Shown here in pieces: positions 9,203 through 19,338 of a stretch of DNA of 64,000 nt; the stretch's first letter is position 1, and every line of letters begins with the position of its first letter. The stretch comes from Spirochaetota bacterium (GTDB lineage: Bacteria > Spirochaetota > UBA4802 > JAFGDQ01), in NCBI GenBank assembly GCA_043803405.1, contig JAZDKB010000016.1, positions 1-64,000 on the forward strand. Reading direction: 5' to 3'. The position numbers were made by a program, and so were the translations under genes. The notes under the pieces were generated by a model. The model was not told the DNA's origin. It saw nothing but the letters and a program-made list of their open reading frames with translations, and did no database searches.

Positions 9203-10123
9203 TTACGCTTCCGTATTCAGCACTATTTTATCAGCACCTTCGCTTCTGGCTCTTTCAAGAGCGCTTTCTGTTTTCTTTACAAGAATGTCAATCTGCTTAT
9301 CCTTGGGGCCTATGTCGGGCACTATGAATGACACGCCGAGACTTGCAGTAAGTTTAATGCTGTGTCCCTGAATATCATAATATTTTTTTGTAACGATAGA
9401 ACGAATTCTTTTTGCTATCTTAACTGCATTATTCGGCTTTGAATTTGGCAGAAGGATGAAGAACTCCTCGCCGCTGTACCGGCCTATGGTATCGTAGGGT
9501 CTGCATCCGAAACGCAGCCTGTTGGCAAATTCGACAAGAATCCTGTCGCCGATATAATTACCATAGGATTCATTCACCTGTTTGAAATCGTCAATATCAG
9601 CAAGAATAGCTGAAACAGGATGGCCTTCCCTTGATGCCCTGTCCAGCTGCCTTACAGCCTCGTCCAGGAACGCCCTTCTGTTCAGCAAAGTCGTAAGAGG
9701 ATCTTCCTTAACAAGCCTCATCAGCTCTTTCTGCGACTTGTAAAGCTTGTCCTCCATTTCCAGAAGCCTTATCCCTGCTTTTATCCGGTAAATAAAGATT
9801 TCGCTTTCAAAAGGCGCGGTTATATAATCATCCGCTCCTGCTTCCATAATATCATAAATATCCTGCTTGTTTTCCGATAAAATAACAATTATGTAAATAT
9901 ACCTGAAAAGATTAAGCCTTTTGATTTCCATGCAGAGCGCTGCGCCGTCCATGTCGGGCAAAGTGCGGTTCAGAATAACAATGCGTACATCCCTGTCTTT
10001 CTGCATAATGTCGAACGCTTTCTTTCCTGTTTTGCATAATTCGATTTCGTAGTTTTCTTTTTCCAGAGAACGCTTAATTAACTGCTGGGTAAACTTTTCA
10101 TCATCAGCAATCAGAATCTTCAT
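9203..10123 (-). CDS. REC-GGDEF (PleD-like) protein with degenerate motifs
   Basis: MKILIADDE REC start; DPLT.LLNRR, DIDDFK, RPYD I-site and RYSGEEF. Confidence 0.88.
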   Translation of the reverse strand: MKILIADDEKFTQQLIKRSLEKENYEIELCKTGKKAFDIMQKDRDVRIVILNRTLPDMDGAALCMEIKRLNLFRYIYIIVILSENKQDIYDIMEAGADDYITAPFESEIFIYRIKAGIRLLEMEDKLYKSQKELMRLVKEDPLTTLLNRRAFLDEAVRQLDRASREGHPVSAILADIDDFKQVNESYGNYIGDRILVEFANRLRFGCRPYDTIGRYSGEEFFILLPNSKPNNAVKIAKRIRSIVTKKYYDIQGHSIKLTASLGVSFIVPDIGPKDKQIDILVKKTESALERARSEGADKIVLNTEA

Positions 10124-10300
10124 CCGAATCCCCCAATATTATAATGTACTAACTATGGCAAAGTCTATAAAGGCTAATTGTCTCGTATTACGACATTACA
10201 ATAGCTTTTGAACGCACTATAAATATTCCCCAATCTGCAAAGCCATTAGAAAGTCAGAAAAGATTATAATGTATAATAATAAAATAATAATACGCGAAGG

Positions 10301-11437
10301 TCAACTCAAATACTTTTCTATTCTGTTTAATCCTTCTTTAATATTTTCTATTGAATTGGCGTACGAGAACCTTAAAAAACCTTCCCCGCCAGTGCCGAAA
10401 TCGATGCCCGGTGTCACCCCAACCTTTACCTTTTCGAGAATATCGAACGCCTCTTTGTATGAATCTTTGCAGAAGTGCCTCGCGTCCGCGAAAACATAAA
10501 ACGCGCCGGTCGGCTCAACATGTATTTTGAAGCCGAGCTCCCTGAGGCGCTTAATCATGAATATCCTTCGTTCGTTGTACATATCCCGCATCTTATTTAT
10601 TTCGTCTTTGGTTTTTGTAAGCGCGGTTATGCCTGCCCACTGGACAAAGCTGTTTGCTGAGATCATAAAGTTCTGATGTATTTTCTGCATAACATCGTTA
10701 AATTCTTTTGGGAAGATAAGATATCCGAGGCGCCAGCCGGTCATGGCGTAAAGCTTTGAAAAGCCGTTTATTACGAACGCGTTTTCAGTATACTCCAGGA
10801 TAGAGCGCGCCCTGCCCCCGTATGTAAGGCCGTGATATATTTCGTCAGATACTATATACTGTTTGTCGAACGCCGCAATATCCTCCAGATTCTTTTCGGT
10901 CATTACGATACCTGTCGGGTTGGATGGAGAATTGATCACGATCGCTTTGGTGTTTTTTGTCAGGGCTTTTTTAATTGCTTCGGGCCTGTACTGAAAACCG
11001 TCTTCAGGATACGTGTTTATCTCAACCGGCATTGCGCCGAGCGATTTTACGAAATTGGGATAGCATGAATAATGCGGATTGGATATTATTACTTCGTCAT
11101 CGTTGTCCAGTATAGCGATCATCATAAGAAGGAGCGCAGGTGATGTGCCGGAGGTAACCATGATGCGGTCTGGAGTTACGGCTACGTTATATTCCTGCCT
11201 GTAATGCTCGCATATTGCTTCCCGCAGTTCAATAAGCCCCATAGCGTGCGTGTAATGAGTTCGCCCGGATTCGATAGCTTTTATTACAGTGTCCTGTATA
11301 ACAGCAGGCGTTTTAAAATCCGGCTCCCCGACCTCCAGATGTATTACTTTTTCGCCCGCTTTTTCCAGCTCTCCTGCCCTGGCCATGACGTCCATTACGA
11401 TAAAAGATTTCAGATCCTTCGCTTTCTGTGAAATCAT
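10301..11437 (-). CDS. PLP-dependent aminotransferase class I/II (aspartate aminotransferase family)
   Basis: GEPDF, NSPSNPTG, SDEIYH, NGFSKLYAMTGWRLG and GAFY motifs. Confidence 0.95.
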   Translation of the reverse strand: MISQKAKDLKSFIVMDVMARAGELEKAGEKVIHLEVGEPDFKTPAVIQDTVIKAIESGRTHYTHAMGLIELREAICEHYRQEYNVAVTPDRIMVTSGTSPALLLMMIAILDNDDEVIISNPHYSCYPNFVKSLGAMPVEINTYPEDGFQYRPEAIKKALTKNTKAIVINSPSNPTGIVMTEKNLEDIAAFDKQYIVSDEIYHGLTYGGRARSILEYTENAFVINGFSKLYAMTGWRLGYLIFPKEFNDVMQKIHQNFMISANSFVQWAGITALTKTKDEINKMRDMYNERRIFMIKRLRELGFKIHVEPTGAFYVFADARHFCKDSYKEAFDILEKVKVGVTPGIDFGTGGEGFLRFSYANSIENIKEGLNRIEKYLS

Positions 11438-11668
11438 TAGCCCTCCGCGGGAATCGGGATAGAAAAAGAATATTTGCCGATGGTTTTAACGTATATATTA
11501 TTTTCGTCAAGAATAATCGGGAAATCTGGTTTTTCGCGAATATAATCCAAGATCGATCAACTTCGGAACATCAATAAAAACTCAGCCAATAACTTCGCGC
11601 TGAGCCTACCTGTGGGAGTCTCTTCTTTGTAAAGAGGAGGGAAATACCGCTCTAATGCCTATTAAAAC

Positions 11669-11697
11669 AACAAAGCAGCCGAAAGGGCTGCCTTGTT
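11669..11697 (-). terminator. Likely intrinsic terminator downstream of the Cache-protein gene
   Basis: aacaaagcagcc-gaaag-ggctgccttgtt hairpin; upstream A-rich run reads as a U-tract on the minus strand. Confidence 0.6.
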
Positions 11698-11737
11698 ATT
11701 AAATAATACAATAATATCTTATATTTAAAAGCAGTAT

Positions 11738-12199
11738 CTATTTACCTAAATATATCCCGCATCCAAGAAAATATTTTTTGCCAGGAACTGTTTTTACAAA
11801 AGTGGATTTAAGGTCAATTTTCTTTGTAACCGGATTGGCCCATTTATAATTTACCCAGCCTTCTCCTTTAATTTTTGCAAGGTCAATGAATTTCCGGACG
11901 AAAAAATCACCATCACTGTCCTTAAGATTATACATGCTCTTCCCGACCAGTTTTTCATCTCCTCCGTGGGCAAGTACCTTTCCTTCAAAATCAACAACAA
12001 AGATATAATACTCTCCTTTTGTGAATTTGCCTTTTTTACTTGTAAATTCCATGAATGCAGTATTTTCGCCGTTATCTTTAATAAAGTCCAGTCCGTTATT
12101 AACATTCAATTCAGCTTCTGCCCTTCTGTTTTGCGCATAACTGGTCGAAAAGCATGCCAGCATAATCAACGTGGAAAAAAATAATACATATTTCTTCAT
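11738..12199 (-). CDS. Secreted stand-alone single Cache (sCache_2) domain protein
   Basis: Signal peptide; YIFVVD..G..LAH, LVGKSMYNLKDSDG, GEGWVNYKWANP, K.TFV, GCGIY. RBS GGAGG. Confidence 0.88.
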   Translation of the reverse strand: MKKYVLFFSTLIMLACFSTSYAQNRRAEAELNVNNGLDFIKDNGENTAFMEFTSKKGKFTKGEYYIFVVDFEGKVLAHGGDEKLVGKSMYNLKDSDGDFFVRKFIDLAKIKGEGWVNYKWANPVTKKIDLKSTFVKTVPGKKYFLGCGIYLGK

Positions 12200-12229
12200 T
12201 CTGCCTCCAGGTTATTGTTAGTTATTATT

Positions 12230-12304
12230 TAGTGCGTATTTCAATAGATATGCAATAATAGGCTGCAACGCCTTGTGTATATGCAAGTATTGAAATACGT
12301 TCTA
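12230..12304. mobile_element. MITE-like 75-bp element with 17-bp imperfect terminal inverted repeats
   Basis: tagtgcgtatttcaata ... tattgaaatacgttcta (12-bp perfect core); TAG...CTA ends. Confidence 0.5.
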
Positions 12305-12369
12305 AATTGATCGGTTTTTATTATATAATAGATGGCGTTATTTTCAAGAAAAAATTCCGTGAATGATGT

Positions 12370-13131
12370 TTAATAACTCATCTCAAAAGCAACGCGCGCA
12401 GTATCATGTGATATGCCGCCACTAAGCGACACGCCTCTGCCTATGTCCGCTATCCTGCTCCGCTCGTATAAATAGCTCACTCCATAGTAACCGGAAGCAG
12501 TGACGCCGGCTGCCGAAGAAGCAAAGGCGATGTAATAAATTATCTTACTGATTATCCCGAAATGGAAGACTTTATAAAACAGAAAGCCTATGCCGAACGC
12601 ACCTGCAGCGGCCCCGCTGTAAAAGAAAAAGTTATCCCTGTTTACCAGCCTGTTCTCTTTCTCGAGCCTCAGGTATTGTATTAGTTTATCCGGGGGCAGG
12701 CCGTCTTTTGCAGTCTTTTCGTCTGGGTCAATTTCGAATGCGCCGGTTACGGGGTATTTCAGGTAATGATAGTATCTCGCGTCCGAGGGTTTTAGGCCGA
12801 TCTGCCTTTCAATCGTATAACTATAATTGTCCGGCTGAAGGGTAAAAGGCATTTTAAAATAATAATGATTCTCGAACAACTCCGGCATTATTAGCACGGG
12901 GTCCACTTCGAGTCCGCTTTCCGGCTTAAGCGTAATCCTGTATTTCACGTTCCCGCTCTTGTCTCTTTCGTTATACGCATCGTACCATATAAAATACGGG
13001 CTGGTTGAGCCGGTTACGCAGTCGGGGTAATAGACAGGAAGAGCAGCTATGGCAGGCTCTTTCTGCGCAGCTGCCGATATCTGCAAAATCAGAAAAAAGA
13101 ATAGAAAAGCGATTACATTAAAGGCTTGCAT
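12370..13131 (-). CDS. Hypothetical exported protein with two C-terminal hydrophobic segments
   Basis: 253-aa ORF; signal-peptide-like N-terminus, beta-rich middle, two Gly/Ala-rich hydrophobic helices, ends ARVAFEMSY. Confidence 0.7.
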   Translation of the reverse strand: MQAFNVIAFLFFFLILQISAAAQKEPAIAALPVYYPDCVTGSTSPYFIWYDAYNERDKSGNVKYRITLKPESGLEVDPVLIMPELFENHYYFKMPFTLQPDNYSYTIERQIGLKPSDARYYHYLKYPVTGAFEIDPDEKTAKDGLPPDKLIQYLRLEKENRLVNRDNFFFYSGAAAGAFGIGFLFYKVFHFGIISKIIYYIAFASSAAGVTASGYYGVSYLYERSRIADIGRGVSLSGGISHDTARVAFEMSY

Positions 13132-13332
13132 TTATATATCCTTATAAAAAAATCGGACTTGACTGGCAAAGATTTTTGGTATATTAATAATTGTCCGATT
13201 GAAAACTCACTGCAATTTATCAAATTTCAATATCGCAATCATTTTTAAATATTTTCGAGATTAGTAATTTAATTAAAAAAAGCTTATAAGCTAACAATAA
13301 TCAATCATTATTTAAATTAAGGATAAATAATA

Positions 13333-15768
13333 ATGTCAGATTTTTCGCAAAACGATAATAACAATAACCAAAACAATCAAAATAATAACCAGAACAATCA
13401 AAATAGCAATAACGGGAACAAAGAACTGGTTGTGCCACAGGAAATCCTTCCTGAAATTATACCGATTATTCCGATCACCCAAAGACCTATATTCCCCGGT
13501 ATGATGATACCGATAATCATTACCAGCGAGAAGATGATCAATACAATGAACACTATTCTCGCAAACGAAAATAAGATCGGGGGAATGGTTTTATCAACCA
13601 ATACTTTTGATGACAAGGTAGTAACCTCCGATTCGTTATATAAGGTCGGCGTAGCCATAAGAATAATAAAGATCGTTCCTATAGACAACAATACTTACCA
13701 GGTTATGATTACCGCGCTAAAAAGATTCACGCAGGTTGAAATAATTGACAACGATCCGATCATACGCTGGAAAGTGGCGCATTACTATGATGACGATAAT
13801 CTGAAAATCACCCAGGAGCTGAAAACATATTCGCTCGCGATAATATCCTCCGTTAAAGAACTGATCAAGCTTAATTCTCTTTTTCAGGAAGAGCTTAAAC
13901 TTTTTTTAAACAGGTTTTCCATTGAAGACCCCGGCAAACTTGCGGATTTTGTCGCTTCCATGACTTCTGCCGATCCGGCGAAAATACAGGAAATTCTTGA
14001 GACATTTGACATTAAAAAAAGAGCCGAAAAAGTGCTGATACTGTTAAAGGAAGAGCTGGAGATGAGCAAGATCCAGACTAAAATAACCAAGCAGATCGAA
14101 GAGCAGATCAGCAAGAACCAGAAGGAGTTCTTTTTGCGAGAGCAGTTAAAGCAGATAAAAAAAGAGCTTGGAATGACCAAGGACGAAAAGACTACTGAAA
14201 TTGAAGAATACGAGGAACGCATTAAAAAGCTTAAACTGTCGGACGAAGTTAACGACAGGATAAAAGAGGAAATGGAAAAGCTAAAACTGCTGGAACCGCG
14301 CTCCCCTGAATACACTGTAAGCAAAAACTATCTTGACTGGCTTACTGCGCTCCCGTGGGGAATTTTTTCCGAGGATAATTATGAAATAAAAAAAGCAAAA
14401 AAGATTCTGGACAGGGATCATTACGGCCTTGACGACATTAAAGACAGGATACTTGAATTTATTAGCATAGGTAAAATGAAGGGCAACATTTCCGGTTCCA
14501 TACTGTGCTTTGTAGGGCCTCCGGGCGTCGGCAAAACATCGATCGGGAAATCCGTTGCCGAGGCACTGAACAGAAAATTCTACAGGTTCTCTCTCGGGGG
14601 CATGAGGGACGAGGCAGAGATCAAGGGTCACAGAAGGACATATATAGGCGCAATGCCGGGTAAAATGATACAGATATTAAAACTTGCCGGCACCTCAAAC
14701 CCGGTTATCATGCTGGACGAAATAGACAAAATAGGCGCGAGCTTTCAGGGCGACCCTGCTTCCGCGCTTCTGGAGGTGCTGGACCCTGAACAGAACTCAC
14801 AGTTCCTCGACCACTATATTGATGTTCGATACGACCTGTCGAACACACTCTTTATAGCCACAGCGAACCAGCCGGATACTATCCCGCTGCCCCTTCTGGA
14901 CAGAATGGAGATCATGAACCTTTCAGGTTATATAGCAGAGGAAAAGATACAGATAGCGAAAAGATATCTTATTAGCAAACAGCTTAACGCACACGGTTTA
15001 AAAAAAGACATGGTATCCTTTAATACAGGCGCCGTTAAAAAGATAATTGACGGATATGCAAGGGAAGCAGGTGTGCGCAGCCTTGAAAACAGCATTAAAA
15101 AAATAATGCGGAAAGCAGCGCGCAGGTTCGCCGAAGGCGACACCAAAAAAATTCATGTTACCGAAAAGAACATAGAAGAATTTCTGGGCAAACCCAGGTT
15201 CACCGACGACTCGCTGTATTCAAGGAATATTCCTGGCGTTGTGATGGGTCTTGCATGGACAAGCCTGGGCGGAGCCACGCTATATGTGGAAGCAACAGCC
15301 AGCCCTTCAAGAAACAGAGGATTTAAACAGACAGGCCAGCTGGGCGCAGTAATGAGAGAGTCGACAGAGATCGCATACACCTACCTCAGCTCAAATATCG
15401 ATAAATACAAACTGGAAAAGGAGTTCTTCGAGAATCATCTGATTCATCTGCACGTTCCCGCAGGCGCAACGCCCAAGGATGGGCCTTCTGCAGGCATCAC
15501 AATGGCAACCGCACTATATTCACTTGTTAAGAATAAGCCTGTTAAAAAGCAAATCGCGATGACAGGCGAGCTTACGATAACAGGCAAGGTGCTGCCGATA
15601 GGCGGTGTCAAAGAAAAGACGATCGCAGCAAAGAGGGCGAACGTAAAAACCCTTGTTTTCCCGTTTGAGAACAAAAAGGATTTCGAGGAACTGCCGCAGC
15701 ATATAAAGAAAGGCATAAATGCGAAGTTCGTGAATTACTTTGAAGAAGTGCTGGATATAGTTTTTTAA
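13333..15768 (+). CDS. lon: ATP-dependent protease La (Lon)
   Basis: GPPGVGKTS, DEAEIKGHRRTYIGAMPG, LDEIDK, PKDGPSAG (catalytic Ser), PIGGVKEK (Lys). Confidence 0.98.
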   Translation: MSDFSQNDNNNNQNNQNNNQNNQNSNNGNKELVVPQEILPEIIPIIPITQRPIFPGMMIPIIITSEKMINTMNTILANENKIGGMVLSTNTFDDKVVTSDSLYKVGVAIRIIKIVPIDNNTYQVMITALKRFTQVEIIDNDPIIRWKVAHYYDDDNLKITQELKTYSLAIISSVKELIKLNSLFQEELKLFLNRFSIEDPGKLADFVASMTSADPAKIQEILETFDIKKRAEKVLILLKEELEMSKIQTKITKQIEEQISKNQKEFFLREQLKQIKKELGMTKDEKTTEIEEYEERIKKLKLSDEVNDRIKEEMEKLKLLEPRSPEYTVSKNYLDWLTALPWGIFSEDNYEIKKAKKILDRDHYGLDDIKDRILEFISIGKMKGNISGSILCFVGPPGVGKTSIGKSVAEALNRKFYRFSLGGMRDEAEIKGHRRTYIGAMPGKMIQILKLAGTSNPVIMLDEIDKIGASFQGDPASALLEVLDPEQNSQFLDHYIDVRYDLSNTLFIATANQPDTIPLPLLDRMEIMNLSGYIAEEKIQIAKRYLISKQLNAHGLKKDMVSFNTGAVKKIIDGYAREAGVRSLENSIKKIMRKAARRFAEGDTKKIHVTEKNIEEFLGKPRFTDDSLYSRNIPGVVMGLAWTSLGGATLYVEATASPSRNRGFKQTGQLGAVMRESTEIAYTYLSSNIDKYKLEKEFFENHLIHLHVPAGATPKDGPSAGITMATALYSLVKNKPVKKQIAMTGELTITGKVLPIGGVKEKTIAAKRANVKTLVFPFENKKDFEELPQHIKKGINAKFVNYFEEVLDIVF

Positions 15769-18281
15769 GTTATTCCGACTTCTTTTTTCTCGTATATCTT
15801 TTCACTAATGTCCTGCCCGGAAATTTTTTCCTGATCGTCTTCTTTATTCTTCCCGGGCTTTCTGGGATACTTAAAATATATTGAGCCGTCTTTTATTCCT
15901 GCATTTATTTTTTTATTCCCGTTCAATGTGCCTTTCAGCATTGCGTATGCCAGTTTATCTTCAACTTCTGCCATAATTATCTTTCTTAAATAACGGGCGC
16001 CAAAATTCTCGTCATAACCCTTATCTGCCAGGAAATCTTTGACTTTTGATGAAAATACAAGTTCAATCCCTCTCTCCTTCAGATTTGCGTTTACTTCATT
16101 AAGCATAATATCTACAATCTTTCGCACATGCTTCTTCTCAAGCCTGTGAAAGTACACGATCTCATGGACGCGGTTAAGGAGTTCAGGGCTGAATATCTGC
16201 TTAATTTCCTTAAAGGCCTTTTCACTGTCCTGGTTCCTGTTATCATGAATACTGTCAGAATCGGAAAAACCCATTTTCCCAATACCTGAAAAGTCTTTAT
16301 TGCCGATATTTGATGTCAGTATAACAATACTGTCCCTGAAGCTGACTGCAGTGCCGAAACTGTCCGAGAGCTCGCCTTCCTCAAGTATCTGCAGAAGTAT
16401 ATTAAATATATCGAAATGAGCTTTTTCGATTTCATCGAAAAGAATGACGGAATATGGCCGCCGCCTTACTTTTTCTGTTAAAAGTCCGCCGCCTTCATAT
16501 CCCACATAACCCGGAGGAGCACCGATAAGCCTGGAAACCGAATGTCTTTCCATATATTCCGACATATCTAGCCTGATCAGCGAATCTTCATCGTTAAACA
16601 GGAAAGCGGAAAGCGCCCTTGCAAGCTCGCTTTTACCGACGCCGGTAGGCCCCAGAAATATAAACGAGCCTATGGGGCCTTTTTTATTCCTAAGGCCGGT
16701 TCTCGAACGCCTTATTGCCCTGCTGATCGCGGCAATAGCATGATCCTGGCCGACTATCCTCTTTTTCAGTTCATCTTCCATTGTAAGAAGCTTGCTGGTT
16801 TCAGATTCGTTTAATCTTTCGATAGGGATGCCCGTAGACTGCGCTATTACGGCAGTGATGTCATCGATATTAACCGTTACTTCATAATCGTTTATCTTCT
16901 GCTGCCAGTCGCCTATCTTAGCGGAAAGAATTTTTTTCTTTAAGTTAATAACATCCCTTACGGCAGCCGCCTGTTCGTATTCCTGTGATAGTACAAGATT
17001 ATTTTTATTATAATTAAGCACTTTAAGCTCTTCCTCAAGTATCATAATATCAGGCGGTTTATCACAGTGTTCAAGTTTTGCCTTGGACCCGGCTTCATCA
17101 ATAATATCTATCGCCTTATCAGGCAAAAATCTTTCGTTAATGTAACGGTTCGAGAAAATCACTGCCTTCTCAATTGCTTCGTCCGTATATTTTACTTTAT
17201 GATGGATCTCGTATCTCTCTCTTAGACCTTTAAGAATCTGAATTGCCGCTTCAACCGAAGGCTCTCTGACAAGAACAGTCTGGAACCTTCTCTCGAGCGC
17301 CGAATCCCTTTCAATATACTTTTTGTATTCCGATAATGTAGTGGCTCCTATGCACTGGAGTTCTCCTCTGGAAAGAGCAGGCTTCATAATGTTCGCGGCA
17401 TCAATGGCGCCTTCAGCGGCACCGGCGCCGATAATAGTGTGAAGCTCGTCAATAAAAATTATTATATTACTTTCATTTTTAATTTCGTTTATTATTCTTT
17501 TAATCCTGTCCTCGAATTCGCCGCGGAATTTTGTGCCTGCCACTATTGCTGCAATATCAAGCGTCAGCACCACTTTGTTCTGAAGAGGTTCGGGTATCTG
17601 CCTGCTGACTATTCTTTGCGCGAGTCCTTCAACGATTGCAGTTTTTCCTACGCCTGCTTCGCCAATTAATACGGGATTATTCTTGGTCTTTCTTGATAAT
17701 ATTCTTACTACCCTGTCAATTTCATTGTCTCTTCCTATAACCGGATCAAGTTTGTTTTTTTGCGCCAGTATGGTTAAATTCCTCGAGAATTCATCAACAG
17801 TCTGTGTTTTGCTTTTAATAGCGGTTTTATCTGCAGGGGTATCTGTATTGCCGGACAGCTTCATTATTTCATTTTTTATCAGATTATAATCTACACCGAT
17901 CTTTATCAAATTATCGATGCCGGCGCATGTTCCATCCTTAAACAAGGCCAAAAGCAGATGCTCTGTACCGATATAGTTACTCATTGTTTTATTTGCTTCT
18001 GCCCTCGCAAGCTCGACTATTCTGTTAAATTTCATATTAATCGGGACATTTCCAAGCGTAATCGCAGAACCCGATCTTCTTATTGAATATTCAATTTCTT
18101 TTCTCAGCAGGTCGAATCTTAAATCCAGAACCTTAAGGATTCTCGCAGCAACAGAATCATCGTCCTTAAGCAATCCCAGGAATATATGTTCCGGGCCGAT
18201 TGAATCGGATTTTAATCTTTTGCCTTCGAACTGGGCGAATACTTCCAGTACTTTTTTTGATCTTTTAGTAAAATTATCCAT
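15765..18281 (-). CDS. clpC: ATP-dependent Clp protease ATPase ClpC
   Basis: Clp_N repeats, [12 protein letters not shown]-domain (YEQAAAVRD), [11 protein letters not shown] ClpP-docking loop. Start placed at ATG 18281 (GGAG RBS, overlaps the mcsB stop); lies downstream of mcsA-mcsB. Confidence 0.95.
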   Translation of the reverse strand: MDNFTKRSKKVLEVFAQFEGKRLKSDSIGPEHIFLGLLKDDDSVAARILKVLDLRFDLLRKEIEYSIRRSGSAITLGNVPINMKFNRIVELARAEANKTMSNYIGTEHLLLALFKDGTCAGIDNLIKIGVDYNLIKNEIMKLSGNTDTPADKTAIKSKTQTVDEFSRNLTILAQKNKLDPVIGRDNEIDRVVRILSRKTKNNPVLIGEAGVGKTAIVEGLAQRIVSRQIPEPLQNKVVLTLDIAAIVAGTKFRGEFEDRIKRIINEIKNESNIIIFIDELHTIIGAGAAEGAIDAANIMKPALSRGELQCIGATTLSEYKKYIERDSALERRFQTVLVREPSVEAAIQILKGLRERYEIHHKVKYTDEAIEKAVIFSNRYINERFLPDKAIDIIDEAGSKAKLEHCDKPPDIMILEEELKVLNYNKNNLVLSQEYEQAAAVRDVINLKKKILSAKIGDWQQKINDYEVTVNIDDITAVIAQSTGIPIERLNESETSKLLTMEDELKKRIVGQDHAIAAISRAIRRSRTGLRNKKGPIGSFIFLGPTGVGKSELARALSAFLFNDEDSLIRLDMSEYMERHSVSRLIGAPPGYVGYEGGGLLTEKVRRRPYSVILFDEIEKAHFDIFNILLQILEEGELSDSFGTAVSFRDSIVILTSNIGNKDFSGIGKMGFSDSDSIHDNRNQDSEKAFKEIKQIFSPELLNRVHEIVYFHRLEKKHVRKIVDIMLNEVNANLKERGIELVFSSKVKDFLADKGYDENFGARYLRKIIMAEVEDKLAYAMLKGTLNGNKKINAGIKDGSIYFKYPRKPGKNKEDDQEKISGQDISEKIYEKKEVGIT

Positions 18282-19338
18282 TAATTGTACTCCATTCAAA
18301 CTGATCTCTTAAGTATTTCGCTCTGAAAATATCACCTTCTACGGTATCATAAAACTCTTTTCCGGCAATTCTCTGCAGATGAGACCACTGCATATTTATC
18401 ATCAGTTTATTTACTGACTGTAATTTTAAATTTTTTATAATTGATAAAATTATTCCAAGCCTGATATCTGATAAATAATCCATTGACTCAGCATATCCGA
18501 TTTTTCTGGCATATTTTAAAACTCCGTACGATCTGCCAATCTTGTCCTCCAGCCGGACCTTGTGCCCAGCAACATAATCTTCTCTTGCTTCAGTCTCAAG
18601 AGAAATTATTTTGTCTGAAAATTTTTCGATCTCATTAAGTACAGATGTTTCAGGAATTCCGGCAGACATACTGCTGGATAATATGAAAATACTTCCAAAT
18701 GTTTTTAGCCCTTCATCTTTAAGGCCTTCAATATTCAACCTGCTCAGTTTAACAATTTCAAAAACATCTGTAATTTTCTTTGTTATATATAATGCAGGCA
18801 AATGAAAGATTACTGTTACTTTAAGCCCGCCTGTGGAAGGATTTGATGTTACAAATCCAGTTTCTTCCGAATAAGCATAAACCGCAAATTTGTTAAATTC
18901 GTCATCCACACTATCGGCAATATTATAAGCCTTAGATATCCCCAAACCCGGCTTCATAACCTGTATTATAAAATGATCTTCATCATTTATAAGAATGCTG
19001 AAATCGTTATTTTCGCCTAAAATAATAAAGGAATTATTTCCGGCTTCAATATTTTCAGTAATTAAATTTCCTTCTCGCAGAAACCTTTTTTCATCACTGC
19101 CGATTGCATTTAAATCCAGTAATTTAAGATCACTATATTTCGATTTTGTGACAAACTTTTCCGCAATTGACTTAAGCAACCTAACGTTATATTCATCCTG
19201 TCTGTGAGAAAACGGGATACCGTAAATATTTCGTATTAATCTTATCCCAGTTGAAAATACTATATCGCTAAAAGGCGCATTTCCTTCCCAGAAGCTTTCT
19301 CTTGCAAGAATACGATTATAATTAATATTATACTGCAC
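18274..19338 (-). CDS. mcsB: McsB-like ATP:guanido phosphotransferase family protein (degenerate active site)
   Basis: IRLIRN..G.PF, INDEDH, HLPAL, LEDKIGRSYGVLKYAR, LSDIRLG; located between mcsA and clpC. Confidence 0.85.
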   Translation of the reverse strand: MQYNINYNRILARESFWEGNAPFSDIVFSTGIRLIRNIYGIPFSHRQDEYNVRLLKSIAEKFVTKSKYSDLKLLDLNAIGSDEKRFLREGNLITENIEAGNNSFIILGENNDFSILINDEDHFIIQVMKPGLGISKAYNIADSVDDEFNKFAVYAYSEETGFVTSNPSTGGLKVTVIFHLPALYITKKITDVFEIVKLSRLNIEGLKDEGLKTFGSIFILSSSMSAGIPETSVLNEIEKFSDKIISLETEAREDYVAGHKVRLEDKIGRSYGVLKYARKIGYAESMDYLSDIRLGIILSIIKNLKLQSVNKLMINMQWSHLQRIAGKEFYDTVEGDIFRAKYLRDQFEWSTING

